Source of the DNA: Candidatus Saccharimonadota bacterium
GTDB taxonomy: Bacteria; Patescibacteriota; Microgenomatia; UBA1406; GWC2-37-13
NCBI GenBank assembly: GCA_016432445.1
Contig: CP066689.1
Coordinates: forward strand, 420,001 to 452,000
DNA length: 32,000 bases
Direction: 5' to 3'
The notes beneath the pieces are model-generated. The model searched no databases. It saw only the letters and a list, made by a program, of their open reading frames with translations, and had not been told where the DNA came from. Below, in pieces: positions 1 through 8,891 of this stretch (the first letter of the stretch is position 1; each line of letters opens with the position of its first letter). The position numbers were made by a program, and so were the translations under genes.

Positions 1-2
1 CT

Positions 3-320
3 TTGCCTGCAACTCCTTTAGTCAATCAGGTAATAGATGATGTTAAAAAAGCGGCTTCTGACTCAGGTTTAATCTTGGGCAAAGCTGATATTAATCAAGT
101 TAGCCTAAAAGAAAGTAAACCTAATTCAAAAAACAAATTTTATTCTATAAATATTTCTACAACTTCAGATTTTAAAAGTGTAGAGAAATTTATTAATACG
201 GTCATCCAACAGAGGCGTTTAAAAGCGGTTAAAAATCTTAGTATTACTAAAGATGAAAAAGAAAGTACCAATAGTTCGTCTCTTCAGATAAAATTAGAGA
301 TAGAAGGAAGTTATCTATGA
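3..320 (+). CDS. C-terminal part of a PilO-like pilus/secretion assembly protein (5' end outside window)
   Basis: ORF is open to the window edge. Its stop overlaps the next start (ATGA at 317-320). The PilO assignment rests only on by-eye resemblance of the C-terminal alpha/beta domain. Confidence 0.35.
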   Translation: MPATPLVNQVIDDVKKAASDSGLILGKADINQVSLKESKPNSKNKFYSINISTTSDFKSVEKFINTVIQQRRLKAVKNLSITKDEKESTNSSSLQIKLEIEGSYL

Positions 321-502
321 ATCAACGAGAGTTACTAATCATTTCTATCGGAGTTTTTCTTACAATTATTGCATGGATGATTATTGATATTTTTCAAATT
401 CGCAATCAAAACACAATAAGTCAAAAGATTAAAACTGTAGAAGCAGTACAATTTAAAATTGATGATAAAGTTTTTAAAATATTGAACGAAAAAAAACCCT
501 AA
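317..502 (+). CDS. small single-pass membrane protein, hypothetical
   Basis: 61-aa ORF translationally coupled to the upstream ORF. It has one hydrophobic helix (LLIISIGVFLTIIAWMIIDIF). Confidence 0.5.
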   Translation: MNQRELLIISIGVFLTIIAWMIIDIFQIRNQNTISQKIKTVEAVQFKIDDKVFKILNEKKP

Positions 503-506
503 TTCT

Positions 507-1799
507 ATGATGTATAGTGATTTTTATTTTAAATCTAAAAATAGTATATCGTTTATAATATTTATTTTAGCTGGTTTAAGTATATTTAGTTTTCTTATAT
601 TTTTTTTCGGTTTCAATTCAACAACTACTCGAGCTTCCAAAAAAATTATTAAACGACACGAAATAGTTAATCTTACGGTAAATCAAGCAGCAATCTTTTG
701 GCAAACTGAAAAAAAAGAGATAGGCTGGATTATCTATGGTGATAATGAAAATTCAGTAAATAATCTAGTTTTTGATGAAAGAGATGTAGGAGATAAAAAA
801 AATCCTTCATACTATCACTATGTTCTTTTAAAGAATTTGGAAAGAAATAAAGTTTACTACTATAAGATCATAAGTGATAACGAGATTGTTGCAATAAATA
901 ATAATCCTTTTAGTTTTAAAACATCAAGAAATATTGGGAATTTGATATCAATTAAGCCGGCTTACGGAAAGGTAATGCAGGCTAATGGTTTGCCGGCAGA
1001 AAACTCTTTTGTTCTATTTAATTATCCTAATGCATATACATTAGTTACACTGACTAAGACAACCGGAGAGTGGCTCATACCTTTACAGTCAGTAACCGAT
1101 AAAGAAACAGGTGAACCTTTAATGATAAATGAAGAAATTAACGTAAAGATGGAGTTATTAGCTGCTGATTTAACTTCTTCACTAATTGAAGCTCCAGTAA
1201 AAAAAACTAATCCTTTTGCTCAAACGATAATTATTGGTAAAGATTACAAATTAGATAATGCAGCTGATGTTTTATCTGTTTCCACTTCTTTTAACTCTAC
1301 CCAGCCTTCTAACATCGATATAATTCTTCCTAAAGAAGGGTCAATAATAACTACACGGAAACCTCGCCTAAAAGGAACTGCCATTGCTGGCAAAGAAATT
1401 GAGTTGTCTATAAATTCTATACCTGCATTTAAACAAAGAATTAATGCTAATAATCAGGGTGAGTGGATAATAGATAATCCTGTTGCGATGTCGCCGGGTT
1501 CCTATACTTTAATTATGAATACTCTGAACGAAAAAGGAGGAAAAGTAACCTTAACAAGAAATTTTAAGATAGGCAAAAGTGGAGAACAAATACAAGGTGT
1601 GGCAACAGAATCTGGAACTTTAACTCCTACTATTGTACCAACAGCCACACTTATTCCCACATCTCAAGTAATATCTCCAACCATAATAGAAACAGTTACT
1701 TCACCGACTCCGCCAGTTACTGGATTTGATAGTAAAATTTTTACTTACGCTAGTATGGCTTTGATTATTATTGGTGCAGGCTTCCTCATTGTTTTTTAA
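507..1799 (+). CDS. membrane-anchored surface protein with FN3/purple-acid-phosphatase-N-like and Ig-like domains and a C-terminal PPVTG + TM sorting-like signal
   Basis: 430-aa ORF with an N-terminal TM helix. FN3-like stretch (VNLTVNQAAIFWQTEKK...YYYKI) and Ig-like stretch (PRLKGTAIAGKEIELSIN...GSYTL). A T/P-rich linker is followed by PPVTG (1710-1724) and a 24-aa hydrophobic tail. Confidence 0.6.
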   Translation: MMYSDFYFKSKNSISFIIFILAGLSIFSFLIFFFGFNSTTTRASKKIIKRHEIVNLTVNQAAIFWQTEKKEIGWIIYGDNENSVNNLVFDERDVGDKKNPSYYHYVLLKNLERNKVYYYKIISDNEIVAINNNPFSFKTSRNIGNLISIKPAYGKVMQANGLPAENSFVLFNYPNAYTLVTLTKTTGEWLIPLQSVTDKETGEPLMINEEINVKMELLAADLTSSLIEAPVKKTNPFAQTIIIGKDYKLDNAADVLSVSTSFNSTQPSNIDIILPKEGSIITTRKPRLKGTAIAGKEIELSINSIPAFKQRINANNQGEWIIDNPVAMSPGSYTLIMNTLNEKGGKVTLTRNFKIGKSGEQIQGVATESGTLTPTIVPTATLIPTSQVISPTIIETVTSPTPPVTGFDSKIFTYASMALIIIGAGFLIVF

Positions 1800-1812
1800 G
1801 CTACGTATAGAT

Positions 1813-1851
1813 ATGCCACTTCGTCCCGCTTAGCGGGACTTCGTTAGGCAT
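1813..1851. repeat. GC-rich compound hairpin (GTCCCGC-TTA-GCGGGAC core within an ATGCC...GGCAT outer stem), possible terminator
   Basis: Core stem 1823-1829/1833-1839; outer stem 1813-1817/1847-1851. It lies just after the stop of the 507-1799 ORF. The core is flanked by ACTTCG direct repeats. Confidence 0.4.
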
Positions 1852-1894
1852 TATCCCACTTTATTTTGAAAGCGAAGGGGTATACAATGAAATT

Positions 1895-2542
1895 ATGGAT
1901 GTAATGCAGTTTATTTCTTCTGTAAATAAAATTAGTCTTTTAGCTTTTTTTATTACCGTTGGTTTTTTGTCTTACGAGATAAATCTTTTATTAAAAGAAA
2001 AAAGAAAAAAACAAACACCTTCTATTCCAAAGTTTAATCCAACTGTACAAGCCCAAAATCTTGGAAAAAAAAGTATTGTTGTATCTGAACCAAAAGTGGG
2101 TTTAAGAAAATCCTCACACATAATGCTGATTTTTATTTTATTTGTTACGATGTTTATCTTGGGGGGTATATCGATTTTTAGTGTTTTAGGAATAAAAAAT
2201 ACTTCTTCAGAAAACAACCGGCCAAAAGTAATTATTCAGGAAGTACAGTCAAAAGGTATAAAAATTTTTGACAAAGACTGGAAAGAGATCAAAAACCTAG
2301 ATTCAGGATTGCTTAATCAAGGTGATGAAATTACTGTGGCAGTAGACATCATATCAGATACGGATATTGATAGTGCTAGAATTAGAATAAACGAAAATAT
2401 ATGGAAACTTGATCACATTACGACTCAATCCAATAAAGTTTATAATGTTTTTTACAGAGAGTATAAAATTGGTTCACAAGAATCTAAGTTAAAAATTGAG
2501 GCTCAATTGCATTCTTTAAAAGACGGATGGCTTGGTGATTAA
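1895..2542 (+). CDS. hypothetical membrane protein
   Basis: 215-aa ORF with two hydrophobic helices. TACAAT at 1883-1888 lies 6 nt upstream of the ATG. Confidence 0.55.
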   Translation: MDVMQFISSVNKISLLAFFITVGFLSYEINLLLKEKRKKQTPSIPKFNPTVQAQNLGKKSIVVSEPKVGLRKSSHIMLIFILFVTMFILGGISIFSVLGIKNTSSENNRPKVIIQEVQSKGIKIFDKDWKEIKNLDSGLLNQGDEITVAVDIISDTDIDSARIRINENIWKLDHITTQSNKVYNVFYREYKIGSQESKLKIEAQLHSLKDGWLGD

Positions 2543-2543
2543 T

Positions 2544-3050
2544 ATGAAAAATAAAATAAAAACAGCAGTGCTATTGTTTATTGTGGGATTCTTATTAGTA
2601 ACGACAATATATATATCTTTTTTATTAAGAAGTGAGTCTGAGTCTGCCCCAACTACTATTAAAAAAACAAAAGCGGCCGCTCGCACCTATACCAAATTGA
2701 TTGCTTTAAATATGCCGACTGCTACGCCTACTCCATTACCAACATCTGCTAAATATATAGAAGATGGTCAATCGTCAGTAAGTCCAACACTACCAACAGT
2801 TTCTCCAACATCAAACCTTTTAGCAAAAAATGAGTTAACTCCTACAGAGCCTCTGACACCGATATTATCGGAAACAATTACTCCAACTGAAGTTTTACTT
2901 GCGAAAGTGACGATTACTTCTACAGTTTCGGCTGCAGTTTCTCCAACAACAACTAAGGTAAAAACATTGCCTGATTCTGGGTGGATTAAGCCTTTACATC
3001 TGATGTTTGTTTTTGCGTTTTCGCTTATTCTTTTTTCTCTACTTTATTAA
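2544..3050 (+). CDS. T/P-rich surface protein with C-terminal LPDSG sorting signal
   Basis: ATG at 2544 is preferred over the TTG at 2532 in the track. N-terminal signal anchor and T/P/S-rich body. LPDSG (2967-2981) is followed by a 22-aa hydrophobic tail. Confidence 0.6.
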   Translation: MKNKIKTAVLLFIVGFLLVTTIYISFLLRSESESAPTTIKKTKAAARTYTKLIALNMPTATPTPLPTSAKYIEDGQSSVSPTLPTVSPTSNLLAKNELTPTEPLTPILSETITPTEVLLAKVTITSTVSAAVSPTTTKVKTLPDSGWIKPLHLMFVFAFSLILFSLLY

Positions 3051-4074
3051 GTTTAAGGCAGGTATCTTCATCTTCTTTCTCAAAAAGGCAGAGGACAAAT
3101 TGATGAATTACATCAAAATTTTCGGCTGGGATGAGAACATATTTGTTATCGTAATCAGCGTAGTTGGGGACAATAAATAAATCTTCGGGTAAAAAGACAT
3201 TTCTTTGCGAATAATTCTTGCTAAATACGATGTCTTTAAACATTATGGCGACTTCTTGATTGGAAACATCGCGGTTAACCAAAGAATCAGCCTTTTGATA
3301 AAGTTTTTTTATTTTTTCTATATCATTGTTTTTTACAATCTCAATTACTTTGGATTTAATGGCTGAAATGACAAGTTGTTGCCTTCTGCTTCTGGCAAAG
3401 TCACTGCCTTCGTCGCCTTGGGCGTTGCGCGAGCGGGTAAATTTTAAAGCTGTCTTTCCATCCATAAACATAGTGCCTTCATTAAAGGTAAGCGTTTCAT
3501 AACGGCATTTATATTCTGTGTCACCGCCGCATAAGTCATTTTCTTTTCCTTCAATCGGAAATTTTTTATCAATAAGAGCGTGTTCAACATTAACATCAAT
3601 GCCGCCAAGATAGTCAATAAGCTCTTTGAATTTATTAAAGTTAATGACGGCTGAGTATTGTATAGATATTCCTAAAATGGCTCCCACTTCGGCTTTGGCA
3701 AGTTTAAGACCGCCATCTTCCTGTTTAGCTTCGCCATAAGCATAGGCAGTATTAATTTTATCTTTTAAAGTATCGCTCCAGATATCTCTTGGTATACCAA
3801 TAGTTGTTAAATGATTTGTTTTAAAATTGTATCGAAAAACTAATATTGAGTCAGAAAGATTGGGTCCATCATGCTGACCTCCGGCAATACCAAGAACTAA
3901 AACATTCACTGAGTCTTCAACTTTCTTTAGAGAGTTATCAGAAAGAAGAATTTTAATAGGAGAAATGCTTAAATCAGTAGTAAGAAACTCATAATACGGT
4001 TTTATAATGAAATAAACAGAAACAATGATTGCCAAAACAAAAAAAATTAAAATGATTTTTATTTTTTTTAGCAT
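3025..4074 (-). CDS. LytR-CpsA-Psr (LCP) family cell-envelope phosphotransferase
   Basis: N-terminal TM helix. LCP hallmarks are present: VLVLGIAGG...SDSILV, IPRDIW, LGISIQYSAVINFNKFKELIDYLGGIDVNV, FTRSRN...SDFARSRRQQ. Confidence 0.85.
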   Translation of the reverse strand: MLKKIKIILIFFVLAIIVSVYFIIKPYYEFLTTDLSISPIKILLSDNSLKKVEDSVNVLVLGIAGGQHDGPNLSDSILVFRYNFKTNHLTTIGIPRDIWSDTLKDKINTAYAYGEAKQEDGGLKLAKAEVGAILGISIQYSAVINFNKFKELIDYLGGIDVNVEHALIDKKFPIEGKENDLCGGDTEYKCRYETLTFNEGTMFMDGKTALKFTRSRNAQGDEGSDFARSRRQQLVISAIKSKVIEIVKNNDIEKIKKLYQKADSLVNRDVSNQEVAIMFKDIVFSKNYSQRNVFLPEDLFIVPNYADYDNKYVLIPAENFDVIHQFVLCLFEKEDEDTCLKLNKVEKKE

Positions 4075-4081
4075 AAATTCT

Positions 4082-4753
4082 TCAAACTTGATCTAAAATC
4101 TGAACGAAAGAATGAGGATAAAGAGAAGCTGTTCCTATCAACAAACCATCGATTTCTTGATCGTGAAGATATCCTTTACTGTTTATTTCATTAACACTGC
4201 CTCCATAAATGAATTTAACAGGTGTTTTAAAGGCAAACTGTTTTTTTATAGCTGTAATTTCTTTTAAATCCTGATTTTTTCCTGTGCCGATGGCTTCAAC
4301 AGGCTCGTAGGCTACAAAATTCACATTGTCGTAAATTTTATCTGATGTATTTCTAACGCATAATATTGGTTCAATACCATAATTTTGAGCTTGTTCAATT
4401 TTTCTTCCGATGTTTTCTTCATTTTCATGAAAATTTTGCCTTCTTTCGCTGTGGCCAACAAGTGTAAACTTAGCTGCAAGAGTAATCATTTTGGCTGTGA
4501 CTTCGCCGGTATAGCTTCCTTCTTCAAAAGATGAGATATCTTGAGTTCCAAAGCAAACATTTTTAGTGGTGATAAGATCCTTTAGAAGATAAATAAAAGG
4601 GTGAGCAGGAGCGATGATAACTGATAATTTATCGATGCTTAAGGCTTCTTTAACGCGGCTGTTATTTTCAATGAGATTATTGAAATCTTTAATCCAGTTT
4701 AGAGCCTCAGGGAGCGTTTTATTGGCTTTCCAATTGGCGACAATATATTTCAT
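4082..4753 (-). CDS. tpiA: triosephosphate isomerase
   Basis: Motifs ANWKAN, VGHSERR, AYEPVEAIGTGK and YGGSV. Confidence 0.9.
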   Translation of the reverse strand: MKYIVANWKANKTLPEALNWIKDFNNLIENNSRVKEALSIDKLSVIIAPAHPFIYLLKDLITTKNVCFGTQDISSFEEGSYTGEVTAKMITLAAKFTLVGHSERRQNFHENEENIGRKIEQAQNYGIEPILCVRNTSDKIYDNVNFVAYEPVEAIGTGKNQDLKEITAIKKQFAFKTPVKFIYGGSVNEINSKGYLHDQEIDGLLIGTASLYPHSFVQILDQV

Positions 4754-4846
4754 AATTGGTTATGAGTTAAGAGTTAATGGTCTAGGGTTTTAACTCTGAA
4801 CTCTTAACCCTAAAACCTTCAATTCAATATGCTAATATTATAGTTC

Positions 4847-6676
4847 ATGAATTCAAAAATATCTTTTGATCATTTGAATAAAAAACAAAAGGAAGCGGTA
4901 TTTAATACGACAGGCCCGTCGGTCATTTTGGCAGGTGCCGGATCAGGAAAGACCAGGGTTTTAATTAATAAAGTAGTTAATCTTGTTGTTAACCATAAGA
5001 CAGATACTTCCTTGATTTTAATGATCACCTTTACTAATAAGGCAGCAGCTGAGATGAAGGAAAGAATTTATCGCGTAGGGGCGTATGGCAATACGCCCGT
5101 ACATAGCGTTGCGCCCGTATATTTAAAATTAGGTTATGTTGGTACCTTTCATTCTTTTTGCGCTTTAGCGTTAAGACGTGACGGTCATCATTTGGGAATT
5201 GATCGCAACTTTGTGATTTATAATGATGATGATCAATCAGATTTAATCAAAGCTATCCTCAAAAAACTTGAAAGCAAAAAATTTACGCCTTCTTATTTTC
5301 AAAACCGTATCTCTTCAGCCAAAAATCAGCTGATTTCACCAGACCGCTATTTGGAGGTATTTTCAGATTATGGGGCATCTCTTGCAGCTGAGGTTTACGG
5401 AAAATATCAAAAAGAGTTAGATAAAAACCAGGCTATTGATTTTGATGATTTAATTATGAAAACCTGTGAACTTTTTACAAAACATAGCCAAGTTTTAGAG
5501 AAGTACCAAGATAAGTATCAATTTATCTTAGTTGATGAGTTTCAGGATACCAATTATGCTCAGTATGTTTTAACCCGCCTAATGGGCGCAAAATATAGAA
5601 ATGTAACGGTGGTTGGTGATTTTTCCCAAAGCATTTATTCTTGGCGCGGTGCAGATATAAGGAACTTGGAAAAGTTCAGCAGTGATTTTCCTGAAACTAA
5701 AGTTTTTAATCTTGAACAAAACTATAGATCAACTCAAAATATTTTAAATTTTGCTTATGAAGTGATTTCCAAAAATCAGACTCATCCGATCCTTCAGTTA
5801 TTTACTGAGAATAACGAGGGAGAGGAAGTATGTTTTTGTCAGATGGCCAATGAGGAAGAGGAAGCGATGTTTGTGGCCAACGAGATTGAAAAACTAAATA
5901 AAGATGATGATTATAAACAGTTTGCGGTGCTTTATAGGACTAATGCTCAGTCGCGCGCTATTGAGGAAGCATTCTTACATTGCGGCATTCCTTATACTTT
6001 AATTGGCGGAACCCGCTTTTATGAAAGAAAAGAAATAAAAGATATTCTTTCTTACCTTCGGTTACTTATTAATCCTGAGGATACAGTTGCGGCTGATAGA
6101 ATTAAAAAATTAGGTAAAGGAAGATGGAATAAATTTAGAGGATTTTATGATTCTGTAAAAGATAAGATTGAGGATAAGAATACACCTGAGATTATAGAAT
6201 TATTGTTTTTGGAAACCGGTTATCTTGAGTTATACAATCCAGCGCACGAGGATGATTTCATGAGACTTGAGAACATTAAAGAGCTTAAATCTGTAGCTTT
6301 TAGTTATCCCAAGCTTATTGAGTTTTTGGAACAAGTAGCGCTTGTTGAATCGGAATATTCTGAAGGGGAAAAGAGAGGGAAAAATAAAGAAGGAGTCCGG
6401 CTTATGACTTTGCATCAGGCCAAAGGCTTAGAATTTCCTTATGTTTTTATTGTTGGAGTTGAGGAGGGGATATTGCCTCATTCCCGGTCAGCTGCAGATG
6501 TGTTTCAGCTTGAGGAAGAAAGGCGATTGTTTTACGTAGGGATAACCCGCGCCCGGGAAAAACTTTATATTACCTACGCTAAACGCCGGTTTATCTTCGG
6601 CCGCCGCAATGAGGCCATGAAATCAAGATTCATAGGTGGGGAAGATGAAGATACCGAGCGAAGCAGCTGGTACTAA
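4847..6676 (+). CDS. pcrA: UvrD/PcrA-family ATP-dependent DNA helicase
   Basis: Walker A AGAGSGKT, motifs VDEFQDTN, QNYRS, YRTNAQSR and LMTLHQAKGLEF, plus the VGITRA arginine finger. Confidence 0.9.
   Translation: MNSKISFDHLNKKQKEAVFNTTGPSVILAGAGSGKTRVLINKVVNLVVNHKTDTSLILMITFTNKAAAEMKERIYRVGAYGNTPVHSVAPVYLKLGYVGTFHSFCALALRRDGHHLGIDRNFVIYNDDDQSDLIKAILKKLESKKFTPSYFQNRISSAKNQLISPDRYLEVFSDYGASLAAEVYGKYQKELDKNQAIDFDDLIMKTCELFTKHSQVLEKYQDKYQFILVDEFQDTNYAQYVLTRLMGAKYRNVTVVGDFSQSIYSWRGADIRNLEKFSSDFPETKVFNLEQNYRSTQNILNFAYEVISKNQTHPILQLFTENNEGEEVCFCQMANEEEEAMFVANEIEKLNKDDDYKQFAVLYRTNAQSRAIEEAFLHCGIPYTLIGGTRFYERKEIKDILSYLRLLINPEDTVAADRIKKLGKGRWNKFRGFYDSVKDKIEDKNTPEIIELLFLETGYLELYNPAHEDDFMRLENIKELKSVAFSYPKLIEFLEQVALVESEYSEGEKRGKNKEGVRLMTLHQAKGLEFPYVFIVGVEEGILPHSRSAADVFQLEEERRLFYVGITRAREKLYITYAKRRFIFGRRNEAMKSRFIGGEDEDTERSSWY
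5072..5125. repeat. GC-rich palindromic element inserted in frame in pcrA
   Basis: Stem GGGCGTAT (5079-5086) / ATACGCCC (5091-5098) with GTAGG...CCGTAC flanks. A partial direct repeat GCGCCCGTAT follows. It translates as VGAYGNTPVHSVAPVY. Confidence 0.6.
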
Positions 6677-6684
6677 TGCTCTAT

Positions 6685-6705
6685 CTCACTTCGGAGGTGT
6701 TTTTT
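6685..6705 (+). terminator. weak intrinsic terminator after pcrA
   Basis: CACT-TCGGA-GGTG hairpin (6687-6699) followed by T6 (6700-6705), between convergent genes. The stem is short. Confidence 0.3.
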
Positions 6706-7468
6706 ACATTTTATTGCCTCCAAAAATAAGATCGACTTGAGTGCTGTCAATACCAATACCTACATGTGACCAGGTTGAGTTAAGCTGATTATTGTTGTGA
6801 GGTTCATCGCCGGCAAAGATCCATTCAATTAAGTGAACGCCGTACATTTTATAGCCATAACTTGAGTTTTCCCCTAAGCTCCAAAACCCAAGTTTTTTAA
6901 CATTTTCTATATCTTTTGTATATTCCTCAAAACCGGCATGAGAGTCAAGTTTACCTAGACCGGTAAAATATTTAGCTCTGGTTTGCGCAAATTCAGCTAG
7001 TCTATCATCCCATGTTAAGGTCGATTTGTTATGACGCTGACGGTAAATATTTAAAGCCTCAAATACTTCCTGAGCTGAAGCCATCCGGTCATCGAGCGCA
7101 ATATTCATAGTCCAGGTTTTCTCGTCAATCTGTTTGGCTGTCCCCCATGGTTCGGTGGGGGTAATAACAATACTGTTACTGTTAATTTGTCTGATAGTTG
7201 GGGATATTGGAGAGGTTTGGGTCGGAGAGAGAGGTGAGGTGATTTGGGGAGTTGGGGATATTGGGGCAATTAGGGAGATTGGGGGTATTACTATTTTTTG
7301 TTTTTGTAATTTTTTTACTTCTGCTTGAGCTATTTGTAAGTTTTTTTCAGTTATCGTGAGTTTTTCCTTATATTCATTTTTTCCAATAGTGTAACCTAAA
7401 GTAGTAAAGACAATAATGAGAAATACAATGATTAAGTCGTGAAACTTAAATTTTTTTATTTCTGCCAT
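6704..7468 (-). CDS. membrane-anchored CAP/SCP (PR-1-like) domain protein
   Basis: N-terminal TM helix, coiled coil and P/T/S-rich linker. CAP-like C-terminal domain (ALNIYRQRHN...LTWDDRLAEFAQTRA...GENSSYG...HVGIGI). Confidence 0.65.
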   Translation of the reverse strand: MAEIKKFKFHDLIIVFLIIVFTTLGYTIGKNEYKEKLTITEKNLQIAQAEVKKLQKQKIVIPPISLIAPISPTPQITSPLSPTQTSPISPTIRQINSNSIVITPTEPWGTAKQIDEKTWTMNIALDDRMASAQEVFEALNIYRQRHNKSTLTWDDRLAEFAQTRAKYFTGLGKLDSHAGFEEYTKDIENVKKLGFWSLGENSSYGYKMYGVHLIEWIFAGDEPHNNNQLNSTWSHVGIGIDSTQVDLIFGGNKM

Positions 7469-7947
7469 TGGATGTAGGTACAGCCTGAGGAAGCTCGTGT
7501 TTTAGGATCCCACTGATTGGTCGAGCATTTTTTCATTTTTTTTCCGGCGGCTGAGGTGTACATAACTAAAGCTGATCCGCAATCCGGGCACTCTTCATTC
7601 AACTGTTCAGTTACTCCTTTAATCCACTCAACATAATCACAGCCTGACTGAGTGCGGGTGTCAGGATCCCATTTGCTGGTTGAACATTTTTTAAGTTTTT
7701 TGCCAAACTTAGTGACAGTAAGCATTAGAGCTTCGCCGCATTTAGGGCATTTTTCATCAAGTGCTTTAGGTTCAGGAGTAATCCACTTAATAAAATCACA
7801 TCCATCTACGCTTCGGGTTTGAGCATTCCATGAGCCGGTAGAACACCTCTGGAATTGTTTTCCGGATTTAGTTTCCATAACTGAGCCGAGAGCCGATCCG
7901 CATTTAGGACAGTTTTCAGGGGTTTGAGTTTTTTTAGTTTTTTCCAT
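7456..7947 (-). CDS. protein with three tandem topoisomerase-type C4 zinc-ribbon repeats
   Basis: Three repeats of about 50 aa with the pattern CP(K/D)CG(S/E)AL...G(K)K..(K/R)CST..W...TR...GC(D/T)(F/Y)(I/V).W. Confidence 0.7.
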   Translation of the reverse strand: MEKTKKTQTPENCPKCGSALGSVMETKSGKQFQRCSTGSWNAQTRSVDGCDFIKWITPEPKALDEKCPKCGEALMLTVTKFGKKLKKCSTSKWDPDTRTQSGCDYVEWIKGVTEQLNEECPDCGSALVMYTSAAGKKMKKCSTNQWDPKTRASSGCTYIQWQK

Positions 7948-8082
7948 GTTTAAAGTTTATAGTACCAATATTAAATTGTATATAGCAAATAATCTACAAA
8001 ATTAAGATAATTGAGATTATTTCATTGTTGCATTGCTTCATTGCTTATTGACAAGTTAATAATTATGGTATTAATATTAGGT

Positions 8083-8796
8083 ATGCCGTTTTTAAAGAAA
8101 TATCAGGAAATAATCAGTAAAACCTCAATTCCTCCAGAAGCAGTTCTTTTGAAACGTGTTTTAATTTTTAGTCTGTCTGTTTTTTTACTTATATTTGCTT
8201 ATCTCTTTTTAAGAAAAGGAGCAGTTGATATAAGAGTCGTCAATCAATCAATTGCATGGGTATCAGTTATCCTTATTGGCTTATCTTTTGCTTTAAGCGG
8301 GCTTTGTTTTTTTTGGAATTTTGCCGACAAATATATTATTTACCGGAAACATTTAGGACTGGTTGGTTTTTGGTTTGCTGTGGGGCATGTAAGCTTGACT
8401 CTATTTAATCTTTCTAAAAAGTTTAATTTAGTTGATTTCTTCATGTCTAAAGAGCGGTTTAATTATTTTATTACTGGCGCACTGGCTTTAATTATTTTTG
8501 CTGTCATGGCCAGTATTTCCAATAGATATGCGGTTCATGAACTTGGCGGTAAAACGTGGAGAAGAGTCTTAAGATTTGGTTACGTGGCTTTTGCTTTAGC
8601 TACGGCTCATTTTATATTTGTCGGTCTTACTCAATGGCAAAAATGGTTTACCGGTTTTAAAGGTTTACCTCCTTTAGGAATTGCTATTATTGTTTTTGCT
8701 TTATTTGTTTTTATTCTCAGAATTTGTCTTGAAGTTGCAGTACGTTTGAAGAAAAAAGAAACCTCTGAGGATACAAACACTCCAGCAACAGTTTAA
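8083..8796 (+). CDS. ferric-reductase-like / MsrQ-like multi-pass membrane protein
   Basis: About 6 TM helices with conserved His in TM segments (FAVGHVSL, ATAHFIF). The start is uncertain: ATG at 8083 or 8065 is preferred to the TTG at 8011 because TTGACA at 8048-8053 lies inside the longer ORF. Confidence 0.5.
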   Translation: MPFLKKYQEIISKTSIPPEAVLLKRVLIFSLSVFLLIFAYLFLRKGAVDIRVVNQSIAWVSVILIGLSFALSGLCFFWNFADKYIIYRKHLGLVGFWFAVGHVSLTLFNLSKKFNLVDFFMSKERFNYFITGALALIIFAVMASISNRYAVHELGGKTWRRVLRFGYVAFALATAHFIFVGLTQWQKWFTGFKGLPPLGIAIIVFALFVFILRICLEVAVRLKKKETSEDTNTPATV

Positions 8797-8797
8797 G

Positions 8798-8885
8798 ATT
8801 GTCATTGCGAGCCCGCAGGGCGTGGCAATCTAACGAGATTGCTTCGGTCTCCTTCGACAAGCTCAGGATCCCTCGCAATGACAAT
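8798..8885. repeat. nested palindromic intergenic element
   Basis: Perfect 14-bp outer inverted repeat ATTGTCATTGCGAG (8798-8811) / CTCGCAATGACAAT (8872-8885). Inner hairpin GCAATCT-AACG-AGATTGC (8825-8842). It fills the gap between convergent genes. Confidence 0.7.
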
Positions 8886-8891
8886 AAATCT

